A stretch of DNA of 64,000 nucleotides, taken from Candidatus Sulfomarinibacteraceae bacterium (lineage in GTDB: Bacteria > Acidobacteriota > Thermoanaerobaculia > Thermoanaerobaculales > Sulfomarinibacteraceae). Both the position numbers and the translations under genes were made by a program. The stretch spans positions 32,001-96,000 of the forward strand of contig CAWCLO010000004.1 of the NCBI GenBank assembly GCA_963796455.1. Direction: 5' to 3'. This document shows, in pieces, positions 10,238-20,230 of the stretch. The notes beneath the pieces are model-generated. The model ran no database searches. It saw only the letters and a list, made by a program, of their open reading frames with translations, and had not been told where the DNA came from. The stretch's first letter is position 1. Each line of letters starts with the position of its first letter.

Positions 10238-10591
10238 TCAAGACTTCGGGTTGAGCAATCTCCAAGTCATTGCACGCACCTGATCAAAGGCCTTCATCGC
10301 TTCACTGGCTCTGTTCGGGCTGATCGCCCCGGCGTGAGCGAGAAGCTGCAAGTGGCTGTCGACCTCTTTGGCCGAGGCGTAGGCGATCCTCCAGTGGTTC
10401 GACCGGTCTCTACCAAACCGGCCGTGCCCTTCTGCCAGGTTCGCAGGGACCGAACTTGCCGACCGGATCACCTGATCGGCTATCGACTTCAGAGGAGCTG
10501 GAACCCTCATCACGAGCTTGATCGCGATTCCTGCGGCTTCGAGTGCTTTCGAGTGGGCAACGAGTTTGGTGTTCGTGGCGGCGTTGGACAT
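10238..10591 (-). CDS. four helix bundle protein (23S rRNA IVS / Avd-like family), copy A
   Basis: DQVIRSASSVPANLAEGHGR and AYASAKEV family motifs; GGAGGT RBS before ATG. Confidence 0.9.
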   Translation of the reverse strand: MSNAATNTKLVAHSKALEAAGIAIKLVMRVPAPLKSIADQVIRSASSVPANLAEGHGRFGRDRSNHWRIAYASAKEVDSHLQLLAHAGAISPNRASEAMKAFDQVRAMTWRLLNPKS

Positions 10592-10728
10592 GGTCACCTC
10601 CGGGTCGTTCATGCCCATACCCACAAGCCGGTGTGGTGGCCGATGTCAAGGATGCCCTGCACCCTGCCTGTCCTTGACATCGGCCGCCCACCGGCTACCT
10701 CTTCTGTTGAACGACCCGGTGGTGGCCA
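10591..10728 (-). other. conserved nested hairpin leader of element copy A
   Basis: Same inner and outer stems as 36048-36186 and 42661-42798. Confidence 0.8.
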
Positions 10729-11003
10729 CTTCGTCGCCTGTACTCCTGACCGCTGCCGCTGCTCTCTGGCGCTGAACACTGACCGCTGTCCCTGTTCGCT
10801 GTTGCCTGTCGCTGACGCTGGACACTGTCGCTGCCGCTGCAATTCGGGATCGGGAACGGGTACGTGCCAACCGCGAACCGGATATGCCAAAAACCAACCC
10901 GTAAACCACGTGTTGTCAGGTGGGTAACTTCAGGTGACGATCTGTTTTGGACAGCAGTGATCCTGCATCTTGAATCTTGTGGGCGGGCTAAGCTGGTCAT
11001 ATC

Positions 11004-11516
11004 ATGGCATCCGATCCAGCGTGCACGAGGCCGCCGCCCCGCTTCCTCTGCGATGCCATGCTGGGTTCCCTGGCTCGGTGGTTGCGTTTGTTCGGCTTCG
11101 ACTGCGACTATCCGGCGCCCGGGATCGAGGATCGGGTGCTCGCCGAGCGCGCGCGGGCCGAGGGACGATGGCTGTTGACCCGCGATCGGGAACTGGCGGC
11201 GGTCGGACCACGATCCATGTTGATTCGGCAATCGGATCTCGACGACCAATTGGTCGAGGTTTTCACCCGGCTCGCCTGCCTGCCTACGGCGACGCTCGAG
11301 GCGGCGCGGTGCGCGGAATGCAACGGGGTGCTCGAGGAGGCAGCGCCACGCGACGTGAGCGATTCGGCGCCTCCCCACGTCCTTCGGACAACATCGAGAT
11401 TCAGCCTTTGCTCTGGTTGTGGCAGGGTGTATTGGCCCGGCAGTCACGGCGAGAGAATCGTTCGGCGGATGGCAGCGGTGGTGGGGCGGGCGAAAATCAT
11501 GTTATCCAAGAAATGA
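11004..11516 (+). CDS. Mut7-C RNase domain protein
   Basis: FLCDAMLGSLARWLRLFGFD, LLTRD, RCAECNG, CSGCGRVYWPGSH. Confidence 0.9.
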   Translation: MASDPACTRPPPRFLCDAMLGSLARWLRLFGFDCDYPAPGIEDRVLAERARAEGRWLLTRDRELAAVGPRSMLIRQSDLDDQLVEVFTRLACLPTATLEAARCAECNGVLEEAAPRDVSDSAPPHVLRTTSRFSLCSGCGRVYWPGSHGERIVRRMAAVVGRAKIMLSKK

Positions 11517-11585
11517 AGTCAACAGTGACCAGTTGAAGTTATCAGTCACCAGTTGTCAGTCAGTGGGTCGGTAGGCTCGAAGTCT

Positions 11586-12296
11586 TTAATTTTCAGGTAC
11601 AAAGCCGAGTCGAACCAGGGCCCGCCGGGCCGCCTGCTGCTGCGCCTCTCGCTTGCTGACGCCTTCGCCGCGGGCAACTTCGTCACCATCCCACTCGACC
11701 ACGTAGACCCACAGACGTTGGTGGTCGGGGCCTGATGCACCGGCCTGCCGGTACCTCGGTAAGGGCAGATTGCGCGCTTGCGCAGCCTCCTGGAGCGAAG
11801 ACTTCGGATCGGCCAGAGCGAGGGTCCTGTCATCGAGATTGTTGAGATCTTCGGCAAACTGATGTTCGATAAAGGCGAATGCCGCCTCCCAACCACCGTC
11901 GAGAGCGATCGCTCCAATGATGGCTTCGAACAGATCTTCGAGCAAAGCGGAGCGTTCCCGTCCTCGACCCAGTTCTTCGCTCGGTCCGAGCTCGACCCAG
12001 CCGTCGAGACCGAGCAGGGCGGCCCTCTCGGCCAGTCTTTCCGATCGCACGAGGTGGACCCGCTTCCGGGTCAAGAGGCCCTGGTCATCATTTGGAAAGA
12101 TCTCGAAAAGCAGTCGCGCGACGGCGTGCCCGAGGACCGCGTCGCCGAGGAACTCGAGGCGCTGATAGGACCCCGCTGTGTACGCGGTGGCCGCTGAACC
12201 GTGGCGCAGCGCGCGCCGGAGAAGCTCGGGGTCGGAAAAACTGTGACCCAACAAGGCTTCGAGATCTGTGACAGCGTCGTCTCTGAGTCCGGTCAT
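11586..12296 (-). CDS. rnc: ribonuclease III
   Basis: YQRLEFLGDAVL, EDLFEAIIGAI, C-terminal dsRBD (DPKSSLQE...GPDH...SKREAQQQAA). Confidence 0.95.
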   Translation of the reverse strand: MTGLRDDAVTDLEALLGHSFSDPELLRRALRHGSAATAYTAGSYQRLEFLGDAVLGHAVARLLFEIFPNDDQGLLTRKRVHLVRSERLAERAALLGLDGWVELGPSEELGRGRERSALLEDLFEAIIGAIALDGGWEAAFAFIEHQFAEDLNNLDDRTLALADPKSSLQEAAQARNLPLPRYRQAGASGPDHQRLWVYVVEWDGDEVARGEGVSKREAQQQAARRALVRLGFVPEN

Positions 12297-12377
12297 GGGT
12301 GCATTGTACCCGCGGTTGCAGGCCGCCGAGAGCATTTCCGGAGGGATGATCGCGGCAGAGGAAGGTACGATGTCGTG

Positions 12378-14204
12378 GTGACGTCACATCATCCATTGCT
12401 CGAGCGCGCGCATGAAGCGCCGGAAAAGCCGGGGGTCTATCGATTCCAGGACAAGAACGGCAAGGACATCTACGTCGGCAAGGCGCTCAATCTGCGGCGA
12501 CGGGTGCTTTCTTATTTCGGCAAGCACGACCTCCCGGAGCGAACCCTCACCATGATCGGCAAGGCGCGTGGCCTCGACTTCACGGTCACCGCCACCGAGG
12601 CCGAGGCCTTCATTCTCGAAAACAATCTGATCAAACGCCTCCGTCCCCGCTACAACATCAATTTGCGGGACGACAAGACCTATCCCTACCTCAAGGTCAC
12701 TACCGGAGAGGTCTGGCCGCGGGTCGAGCTCACTCGAAGGGTTCGCGACGACGGCCACGCCTACTTCGGGCCTTTCATGGGCCAACACATGGCTCGCAAG
12801 CTGATGGATCTCGCGCGGACCAACTTCCAGGTCCGGACGTGCCGGATAGAGATCGACGGCAAGCTGCCGCGCCCGTGTCTCTACTACCACATGCGCGCCT
12901 GCCTCGGGCCCTGCGTCGATGGTCTGACGACCCCCGAGGCCTACGCCGAATCCGTCGATGAATTGCGCCTTTTTCTCGAGGGGCGTCATCGCCAGTTGTT
13001 GCCGCGTTTGGAAAAGAACATGTGGGTCGCGTCGGAGCGCGAGGATTTTGAACTCGCAGCGCGCTATCGGGACCTCTTGAAGGTGGTCGGTCGGCTCGGT
13101 GAACGCCAGGATGTGGAACGTCCGGGTCGCGGTGACACCGATGCGGTGGCGATCTGGACCGATGGTGAGCACGCCTCAGTGTGCGTACTGCCGTTTCGAG
13201 CCGGGCGTCTGGTGGAAAAACGGGAATTCCACTTCGAAGGAATCGGCGAGGTTTCAGCCTCCGATCTGTTGACGACCTTTCTCGCGCAATACTACGAAGC
13301 CAACCCGTCGGTTCCCGGCCGGGTGGATACGGCGCAGGATCTCGAGTCTGAGGACAAGGTACTTCTGGGCGCCTATCTCCGTCACATCCGCGGCCTCAAG
13401 ATCGATCTCACGAACCCGCGTCGAGGTCCGAGGGTTCGCCGTACCCAGTTGGCCCTGGACAATGCCCGGGCAGCCTTCGATCTCCGATTCCGCGCTCCAC
13501 GTTCGCAAGCGCAGCACCTTGCGCGACGGCTCGGCGAGGCCCTCGGCCTGCCGGGGCCGGTGCGGCATATCGAGTGCTTTGACATCTCACATTCTGGGGG
13601 CAAGGAGACGACGGCCTCCTGCGTGGTCTGGCAGGACGGTCGCATGAACAAGAAGCAATACCGGAGTTTTCACATCCGTTCGGTCGAAGGGGTGGACGAT
13701 TTTGGGTCGATTGCGGAAGCTGTCGGCCGCCGTTATCGCCGACTCATCGACGAGAATCGTGCGATGCCGGATCTCGTGTTGATCGATGGCGGGGTCGGCC
13801 AGCTCAACGCGGCGATGGCGGCCCTCGATTCTCTGGAACTCGATCTACCTCTGGCGGCTCTGGCCAAACGTGAAGAAGAAGTCTGGTTGCCGACGGCCTC
13901 CGAGCCTCTACGGCTCGATCCATCTGATCCGGCCCACCTGGTTTTGCGGGAGACGCGTGACGAGGCCCATCGCTTCGCCATCAGCCGGCACCGCTCGCGG
14001 AGAAGCAAACGGACTCTGGCCTCACAGCTCCTGGCGGTCCCGGGTATCGGACCGGGCAGGGCAAAATCGCTGCTCACCCGTTTTGGATCGGTGCGTGCGG
14101 TGCAGCAGGCTTCCGTCGAAGAGCTGCAGCGAGCCTTGGGACCGAGACTGGGTCGACACCTCTTTCACCATCTGCATGCGGGGGAGCCGCCGGCCGAAGG
14201 CTGA
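12378..14204 (+). CDS. uvrC: excinuclease ABC subunit C
   Basis: PGVY, YVGKALNLRRRV, NINLRDDKTYPY, IECFDISH, DLVLIDGGVGQ, RDEAHRFA, HhH; start approximate. Confidence 0.95.
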   Translation: MTSHHPLLERAHEAPEKPGVYRFQDKNGKDIYVGKALNLRRRVLSYFGKHDLPERTLTMIGKARGLDFTVTATEAEAFILENNLIKRLRPRYNINLRDDKTYPYLKVTTGEVWPRVELTRRVRDDGHAYFGPFMGQHMARKLMDLARTNFQVRTCRIEIDGKLPRPCLYYHMRACLGPCVDGLTTPEAYAESVDELRLFLEGRHRQLLPRLEKNMWVASEREDFELAARYRDLLKVVGRLGERQDVERPGRGDTDAVAIWTDGEHASVCVLPFRAGRLVEKREFHFEGIGEVSASDLLTTFLAQYYEANPSVPGRVDTAQDLESEDKVLLGAYLRHIRGLKIDLTNPRRGPRVRRTQLALDNARAAFDLRFRAPRSQAQHLARRLGEALGLPGPVRHIECFDISHSGGKETTASCVVWQDGRMNKKQYRSFHIRSVEGVDDFGSIAEAVGRRYRRLIDENRAMPDLVLIDGGVGQLNAAMAALDSLELDLPLAALAKREEEVWLPTASEPLRLDPSDPAHLVLRETRDEAHRFAISRHRSRRSKRTLASQLLAVPGIGPGRAKSLLTRFGSVRAVQQASVEELQRALGPRLGRHLFHHLHAGEPPAEG

Positions 14205-14205
14205 C

Positions 14206-14316
14206 GAGTTCTGAGTTCTGAATTCGGAATTCTGAGTTCTGCATTCGCTCTGCCGCCCGTTTCAATGCCGGATTCGTGACGAAAACTCCGAACTCCGAAT
14301 TCCGCACTCCGAATTC
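14206..14316. repeat. inverted pair of 7-mer arrays (GAGTTCT/GAATTCG ... AACTCCG)
   Basis: Left arm 14206-14247, right arm 14284-14316, ~36-bp spacer. Confidence 0.85.
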
Positions 14317-14337
14317 GGGGTGTTAATGTGGCGTCCT

Positions 14338-15015
14338 ATGTTCATCTCCGAAACATTCACGAGCATTCAGGGCGAAGGGATCCTTGCCGGAGTACCGTCC
14401 CACTTCATTCGCACCTCGGGGTGCAATCTCCGCTGCCGTTGGTGCGACACCCCGTATACCTCGTGGCTGCCGGAGGGCAATCGTCGATCGGTGACGGAGC
14501 TTGTGGCAGAGGCTCGATCCTCTGGCGTCGGTCATGTCGTGGTGACAGGCGGAGAGCCTCTTTTGCAGCGGGAGATCGGAGTCCTGACGAATGATCTGGC
14601 GGCCGCCGGTCTGCACGTGACGGTGGAGACCGCAGGCACGATTGACGCAGACTTCCACTGCGATCTGTTGTCGTTGTCTCCAAAGACCGCGAACTCCGAT
14701 CCCGGGGGCCCGCGGCGTGACCGCCATCGTTTGCTGCGTGCGGATCAAGGGCCGGTTCGGCGTCTCGTGGCCCGCTTTTCCGAGTACCAGTTGAAGTTTG
14801 TCATAGAAGATGGCGGAGATCTCGAGGAGGTCCTGGAATTGATCGACGGTATCGGAGGTATCGAGACGGCACGCGTCCTGCTGATGGCGCAGGGCAGGAC
14901 CGCAGAAGAGGTGGCCGAACGTGCCGCGGCCGTCGCGGCCTTGTGTCTGGAGCATGGCTTTCGCTACACTCCCCGACTGCATTTGGACCTCTTCGGAGGT
15001 GGCCGGGGAGTGTGA
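14338..15015 (+). CDS. queE: 7-carboxy-7-deazaguanine synthase
   Basis: SIQGEG, CNLRCRWCDT radical SAM motif, TGGEPLL, VETAGT, PRLH. Confidence 0.92.
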   Translation: MFISETFTSIQGEGILAGVPSHFIRTSGCNLRCRWCDTPYTSWLPEGNRRSVTELVAEARSSGVGHVVVTGGEPLLQREIGVLTNDLAAAGLHVTVETAGTIDADFHCDLLSLSPKTANSDPGGPRRDRHRLLRADQGPVRRLVARFSEYQLKFVIEDGGDLEEVLELIDGIGGIETARVLLMAQGRTAEEVAERAAAVAALCLEHGFRYTPRLHLDLFGGGRGV

Positions 15016-15486
15016 ATGGGTTATTTCAGACTGGCAAAGACTTTCGAGGTCGAATACGGACACCGGTTGAGCAAACATCCGGAGAAGTGCCGTTTTCCTC
15101 ATGGCCACAGCTTGCGCATCGAGGTGGTCGTGCGGGGACGCGAGTTGGACGACCACGACATGGTCTGTGACTACAAGGCGCTCAAGATGCTCGTGATCGA
15201 TATCGTTGATCGACTGGACCACGGGATGGCGCTCAACTCGAAGGACCCTGAACTCGAGAGCCTGAAGGGAATCGGTGAGCGGATCCTGCTCTTCGAAGAC
15301 ATGGACCCGACTTCCGAGGTCCTGGCGCGTTGGATATTCGAAGAGATGGCCGCGCGACTGGCGAATGCCCATGACGTCGAGGCTCCGTCCGGGGTGGCCT
15401 ACCTGATCCCGAACGATCTCGAACTGGAACGGGTTCGGGTATGGGAGACCTCAACTTCGTGGGGAGAATTCGTGGGGATTGAATGA
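15016..15486 (+). CDS. queD: 6-carboxytetrahydropterin synthase
   Basis: HRL..HPEKCRFPHGHS, LDH, PTSE, VWET. Confidence 0.92.
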   Translation: MGYFRLAKTFEVEYGHRLSKHPEKCRFPHGHSLRIEVVVRGRELDDHDMVCDYKALKMLVIDIVDRLDHGMALNSKDPELESLKGIGERILLFEDMDPTSEVLARWIFEEMAARLANAHDVEAPSGVAYLIPNDLELERVRVWETSTSWGEFVGIE

Positions 15487-15496
15487 AAGAGGGCAC

Positions 15497-15596
15497 ATTC
15501 GGATTTCCGATTTCGGATTTCGGAATTCCCATCGCACCTGCTGTGGAGAATTGGTTTGTCCCTGAACTCCGAACTCCGAAATCCGAACTCCGAATT
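15497..15596. repeat. inverted pair of 7-mer arrays (GATTTCG ... GAACTCC/GAAATCC)
   Basis: Left arm 15497-15528, right arm 15564-15596. Confidence 0.85.
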
Positions 15597-15604
15597 GATC
15601 GCTA

Positions 15605-16648
15605 GTGGATTATTCGCATGAAAATCCGTTGGTTGCACCTGCCGATGTGAAACATTGGCTCGAGGCGATCCCTGGACCGATCGCCATCACCGGTGGAACC
15701 GGTTTCGTCGGCTCCCATCTCGTGGATTGCCTGTGCGCGGCCGGTATCAGACCGAGGGTTCTCGTGCGCCGGCCGGATGATCCGCGGTGGATCGCTGATG
15801 CTCCGGTAGAGATGATCGAGGGGTCGCTGGAGGATATTGACGCCCTGGGTCGATTGGTCGATGGGGCCGGATCGGTTTTTCACATAGCGGGCGTGCTGCG
15901 GGCTGCCAGCGAAAAGGACTTTGACGAAGGCAACCGGCAGGGCACACAAAACCTCGTCCGCGCGGTCGGCCGAAACGCTGCCTCAGCGCGTCTGATCCAC
16001 GTCTCCTCGCTCGCCGCGGTAGGTCCGTCCCCGGAACCGGAGGGGGTCGGACCGGAAGCCGAAGCGGCGCCGGTGTCCTGGTATGGAAAATCGAAGTTGG
16101 CGGCAGAAGGGGAGATACGGGCCGGGGCGGGGGACGGTTGGTGGACGATCATCCGGCCGCCTGCGATCTATGGGCCTCGAGACAGCGACATCTTCGAGTT
16201 CTTTCGAATGGCCGACCGGGGTGTGGTCGCTTTTCCGGGCGGGGAGCGTTGGCTGACCGTGTCATATGTTGGCGATGTCGTGCGGGCGATTCTCGCCGCT
16301 GCTGCGGGCAACGCGGGTGCCGTCTTCCACATCGGGGAGCCGGAGCCGGTGCGACTCGACGATATGATTTCGATCCTGTCGGAAGCGGGTGGCGTGCGGT
16401 CGAAGGTGGTCAAATTGCCACCGTGGTTGGTGGCGGGGGCCGGGTCGATTGGCAGTCTCCTGCAACGTCTCGGTTGGCGCCGGTTGCCTCTGACGCAGGA
16501 CAAATGTCGCGATTTGCTGGCCTCCCACTGGACGGCACGCACGGCTGATTCCCTGCAGGCGCTCGGTATCGCTTCGCAAACGCTTTTTGCCCCGGGGTGC
16601 CGAGAAACCTGGCAGTGGTATCGCGAGCAGGGCTGGCTGGCACGCTGA
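15605..16648 (+). CDS. NAD-dependent epimerase/dehydratase (extended SDR; candidate ceramide reductase)
   Basis: TGGTGFVG, HIAG, SSLAA, YGKSK, RPPAIYGP. Confidence 0.85.
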   Translation: MDYSHENPLVAPADVKHWLEAIPGPIAITGGTGFVGSHLVDCLCAAGIRPRVLVRRPDDPRWIADAPVEMIEGSLEDIDALGRLVDGAGSVFHIAGVLRAASEKDFDEGNRQGTQNLVRAVGRNAASARLIHVSSLAAVGPSPEPEGVGPEAEAAPVSWYGKSKLAAEGEIRAGAGDGWWTIIRPPAIYGPRDSDIFEFFRMADRGVVAFPGGERWLTVSYVGDVVRAILAAAAGNAGAVFHIGEPEPVRLDDMISILSEAGGVRSKVVKLPPWLVAGAGSIGSLLQRLGWRRLPLTQDKCRDLLASHWTARTADSLQALGIASQTLFAPGCRETWQWYREQGWLAR

Positions 16649-16732
16649 CACCGGATCTCCTGCTATTATTACGACGCCGTGTCAGTGACGACGACGATTT
16701 CTGGGGTCGGGTCCGAGGCTTGATCCAACGGA

Positions 16733-17923
16733 GTGCATGTGGACGTTTTTCAAAAGTGTTTTGATTTCAAAGATGCCGATATGGTCCGCGAAGCAGGCCT
16801 GTACGCCTATTTCCGGATGATCGGTTCCGGTCAGGATCCGGTCGTGACCATCGACGGACAACGGGTGATCATGCTCGGTTCCAACAACTACCTGGGTCTG
16901 ACCAATCATCCTGAGGTCAAGGCAGCCGCGGCACGCGCGCTCGAAACCTACGGCACCGGAACAGCAGGCTCACGCTTTCTCAACGGCACCCTGGATATCC
17001 ACGTCGAACTCGAGGAAAAACTGGCCGAGTTCATGGGTCGGGAATCGGCGCTGACTTTCTCCACCGGTTACCAGGTGAATCTCGGTGTGATCTCCAGCGT
17101 CGTCGATCGCAGCGACGTGGTGATCCTCGATAGCCTCGATCATGCCTGCATCCTGGATGGCGCCCGACTGTCCTACGGGCGGGTCCTCAAGTTTCCCCAC
17201 AACGATATGGAGGCGCTCGAGGAGCGCCTGCGGAGCGTTGAGGCGGACCGCGGCGCTTTGATCATCGTCGACGGCGTGTTTTCGATGGAGGGGGATGTCG
17301 CCGATCTGCCCCGAATCGTCGAGCTGAAAAAGAAATTCAATGCTCGCCTGATGGTCGACGATGCACACGGCATCGGAGTCATGGGCGCAAACGGCCGCGG
17401 CACGGCCGAACATTTCGGGCTCGAGGATGAAGCCGATCTGGTGATGGGGACATTTTCCAAATCACTGGCGGCGGTCGGTGGATTTGTCGTGGGAGATCGA
17501 AAGGTCATCGACTACATCAAGCATCTTGCTCGATCTCTGATGTTCTCCGCGTCACCGCCGCCGGCGTCGGTGGCAACGGTCATCAAGACGCTCGAGATCA
17601 TCGAGCGCGAACCCGAACGTCGGCAACGCCTGTGGGAAAACACGGAATACATGAAGCACGAGTTCACGACCATGGGCTACGACACCGGCGAATCCGCCTC
17701 TCCCGTCATTCCATTGGTGGTCGGCGAGGATCAAACGGCCTTCAAAATGACCATCCGCCTCCAGGAGGAGGGGGTTTTTGCAAATCCCGTCGTGTCCCCC
17801 GGGGTCCCCGAAGGACGAGCCCTGATGCGGACCTCCTATATGGCGACCCACACTCGCGACCACCTCGATCGTGCCCTCGAGGCCTTTGCCAAGGTCGGGC
17901 GCGAGTTGGGCGTGATTCAGTGA
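16733..17923 (+). CDS. alpha-oxoamine synthase family PLP enzyme, probable serine palmitoyltransferase
   Basis: GSNNYLGL, GSRFLNGT, DHACI, DGVFSMEGD, DDAHG, GTFSKSLA. Confidence 0.85.
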   Translation: MHVDVFQKCFDFKDADMVREAGLYAYFRMIGSGQDPVVTIDGQRVIMLGSNNYLGLTNHPEVKAAAARALETYGTGTAGSRFLNGTLDIHVELEEKLAEFMGRESALTFSTGYQVNLGVISSVVDRSDVVILDSLDHACILDGARLSYGRVLKFPHNDMEALEERLRSVEADRGALIIVDGVFSMEGDVADLPRIVELKKKFNARLMVDDAHGIGVMGANGRGTAEHFGLEDEADLVMGTFSKSLAAVGGFVVGDRKVIDYIKHLARSLMFSASPPPASVATVIKTLEIIEREPERRQRLWENTEYMKHEFTTMGYDTGESASPVIPLVVGEDQTAFKMTIRLQEEGVFANPVVSPGVPEGRALMRTSYMATHTRDHLDRALEAFAKVGRELGVIQ

Positions 17924-17932
17924 TGGTGAGCG

Positions 17933-19069
17933 ATGCGGATTGAGTCGATTCGCAGCCGCGCGGATCGCGCGCGCTTTGTCGATTTCCCCTGGCAGATCTA
18001 TCGCGACGATCAAAATTGGGTGCCGCCACTCAAGGCATCGGTTCGATCGATGCTTGATGCCCGAAGCCACCCCTTCTACAACGGAGGCAAGGGCGCCGAA
18101 ATCGAGCTCTTTATAGCCTGCGAGGGCCCCGACGTCGTCGGCCGGGTCGCCGCGATTCTCAACCACACCAATAACCAGGTTCATGCCGAAAATGTCGTCT
18201 TCTTCGGTTTCTTTGAAACTATCGATCGCCCGGATGTGGCGCGCGAACTACTCGGTGCAGTTGAGGTTTGGGCAACAGAAAAAGGTGCGACCGCGGTTCG
18301 GGGGCCGATGAACCCGTCCACGAACTACGAGTGCGGTCTGCTGGTCGAGGGTTTCTCACGTCCGCCCGTTCTCATGATGACCTACAACCCGCCCTCCTAT
18401 CCCCGTTTGATCGAGGGAGCTGGCTACCGCAAGGTCAAGGACCTGCACGCCTACATCTCGCCGGTCCACGGCGCCAGTCTGAATCGGTTGCAACGCCTGG
18501 CCGCCAGGACACGAAACCGTAATCCGGAAATCGAGACGAGAGGCGCGAACCTCGCGGATTTTGCCGGCGAAGTCAAGTTGGTTCAGAATATCTACAACTC
18601 GGCCTGGGAGAAGAACTGGGGCTTTCTCCCCATGTCGGACTCGGAGATCGAGTGGTTGGCGAAAGAGCTCAAACCACTGGTGCAGAAAGACCTGTTGCGT
18701 TTCGCCCTGTACGATGGCGAACCGGTGGCTTTCTTGCTGACGATTCCGGATTGGAACCCGGTGCTGGCGGATCTCGACGGGTCGCCATGGCGGCACCCGA
18801 TCCGCACCCTCAAACACGTGCTCAAGAGCAAACCCGAGACGATGACCGGTCTGCGGGTGATCACCCTCGGTGTCAAGGCCGATCACCGCAAACGCGGCAT
18901 CGAAGCCATCCTGCTCGGTGAGGGTCTGGAAAAGAGCCTCGAAATCGGCTACCAGTGGTGTGAGTACTCATGGATCCTCGAGGACAACGAGGTCACAAAG
19001 CGTGCCGTGAGATTGATGGATGGTGAGCTCTACAAGATCTATCGGATCTACGAAAAAAGCCTCGGCTAG
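17933..19069 (+). CDS. GNAT-fold N-acyltransferase (bacterial ceramide synthase-like)
   Basis: WVPPL, GRVAAI, FGFFE, GPMNPSTNYECGLL, YNPPSY, AWEKNWGF, SWILEDN. Confidence 0.75.
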   Translation: MRIESIRSRADRARFVDFPWQIYRDDQNWVPPLKASVRSMLDARSHPFYNGGKGAEIELFIACEGPDVVGRVAAILNHTNNQVHAENVVFFGFFETIDRPDVARELLGAVEVWATEKGATAVRGPMNPSTNYECGLLVEGFSRPPVLMMTYNPPSYPRLIEGAGYRKVKDLHAYISPVHGASLNRLQRLAARTRNRNPEIETRGANLADFAGEVKLVQNIYNSAWEKNWGFLPMSDSEIEWLAKELKPLVQKDLLRFALYDGEPVAFLLTIPDWNPVLADLDGSPWRHPIRTLKHVLKSKPETMTGLRVITLGVKADHRKRGIEAILLGEGLEKSLEIGYQWCEYSWILEDNEVTKRAVRLMDGELYKIYRIYEKSLG

Positions 19070-19079
19070 AAGACCTGGT

Positions 19080-20123
19080 TCAGGGTTTTCCACAGAGCGG
19101 CACGCCGCGTTGATCCGGGTCGCCGGTGGCTTTGAGAAAGCGCTTGGTGAGACCGCGAACAATGGTGCGGACGCGATTTCGGCTGGTGTTCTGACCCGGG
19201 AGGGGAATCTGAGCGGCGGCGAGGCTCTGATGGCCGCCACCAAAACCGTGCCGACCTCCCAGATTCCTCGCGATTCGACCGGCGTCCCCTTCGCGGGCAA
19301 TCGTCCGGATGCTGAGGTGGAGCCACCCGTCGATGACCGCCAAGCACATTGCCCAGTCGACGTCTTCAACCCGAAGCAACAGATCCGCTGCCTCGGCCAC
19401 CATCTCTTGCGAGTCGAGCTCTCCGAGATCCGACACGATCCGATTGCCGTAGATCTTCGCGTTGTCGAGTGCGACGCGGAGTTTCGAAAAATAGGATCGG
19501 GGCAGTGGGGCCTGAACGATTCGTCCGAGCACTCGCGCATTGGCGTGGGGATAGAGATCGAGGAAAGCCTCGAGATCGGCTTTGGTGCTTTCGCGACCGA
19601 GATCCTGAGTGTCGGAACGAATGCCGTAGACCATGGCCGTGGCCAGTTTCGGTGGGATTTCGATATCGGCAGCGAGCAGGTATTCGTAGAGTATCGAGGA
19701 CGTCGCGCCGTAGCGGCTTCGGATATCGGTAAACCGGGCCGAGCGGGTCTCGCGCCGAATCGGATGGTGATCGATGACCACATCCAGGCGGTTGCTCGGG
19801 TCGAAGCTGACATTTCCGGCGCCCGGTTGGGCATCGACCATGCTCAGGCGATCGAATCGGTCGAGATCGAGATCGTCCAACGTACGGGTATTGAGCCCGA
19901 GATACTTGAGCAGTGCGAGATTCTCCGCTCGCCACACGGAGCCCGAATGAGCGATCGAGCACGCGATATCGTGCCGTTGATTGGCCAGTTCGCGGAGGGC
20001 TGCCGCCGCTGCGATCGCGTCCGGGTCGGGTGTGTTTTGCAGGATGATCAGCATGCTGCGTGCGCCGTCGAGCACCGACGAGAGTCGAAGCAGGCGTTCT
20101 TCGGGCGTCGTAGGTCGTCCCAT
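19080..20123 (-). CDS. DHH/DHHA1 family phosphoesterase
   Basis: PDPDA, IDHH, GIRSDT, GGGHQSLAAA. Confidence 0.88.
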   Translation of the reverse strand: MGRPTTPEERLLRLSSVLDGARSMLIILQNTPDPDAIAAAAALRELANQRHDIACSIAHSGSVWRAENLALLKYLGLNTRTLDDLDLDRFDRLSMVDAQPGAGNVSFDPSNRLDVVIDHHPIRRETRSARFTDIRSRYGATSSILYEYLLAADIEIPPKLATAMVYGIRSDTQDLGRESTKADLEAFLDLYPHANARVLGRIVQAPLPRSYFSKLRVALDNAKIYGNRIVSDLGELDSQEMVAEAADLLLRVEDVDWAMCLAVIDGWLHLSIRTIAREGDAGRIARNLGGRHGFGGGHQSLAAAQIPLPGQNTSRNRVRTIVRGLTKRFLKATGDPDQRGVPLCGKP

Positions 20124-20230
20124 CAGACGCCACCGCCCTGGTAGTTGCTCCCCCCGGAATGCTTTTGCTGCATCAGTGACCCCGGCGGAAGAGTATACCG
20201 CGTGCCCGGTTTTCGAAGAGCTACCTTTTC

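Larger units (their letters stand above)
10103..10963 (-). mobile_element. four-helix-bundle repeat element, copy A
   Basis: Ends CTGTCCAAGACAGA (10103-10116) and TCTGTTTTGGACAG (10941-10954) are a 13/14 inverted match; homologous along its length to the copies at 35786 and 42522. Confidence 0.75.

Noticed and set aside
2500..10963. Complete diversity-generating retroelement (CLec target plus Avd-like gene)
   Set aside because: No reverse transcriptase ORF and no template repeat with adenine-specific differences seen in the window; a remote DGR cannot be excluded.
14338..15486. Deazaguanine DNA-modification (Dpd) defence island
   Set aside because: Only queE and queD in housekeeping context; no dpdA/tgt paralog or other dpd genes seen.
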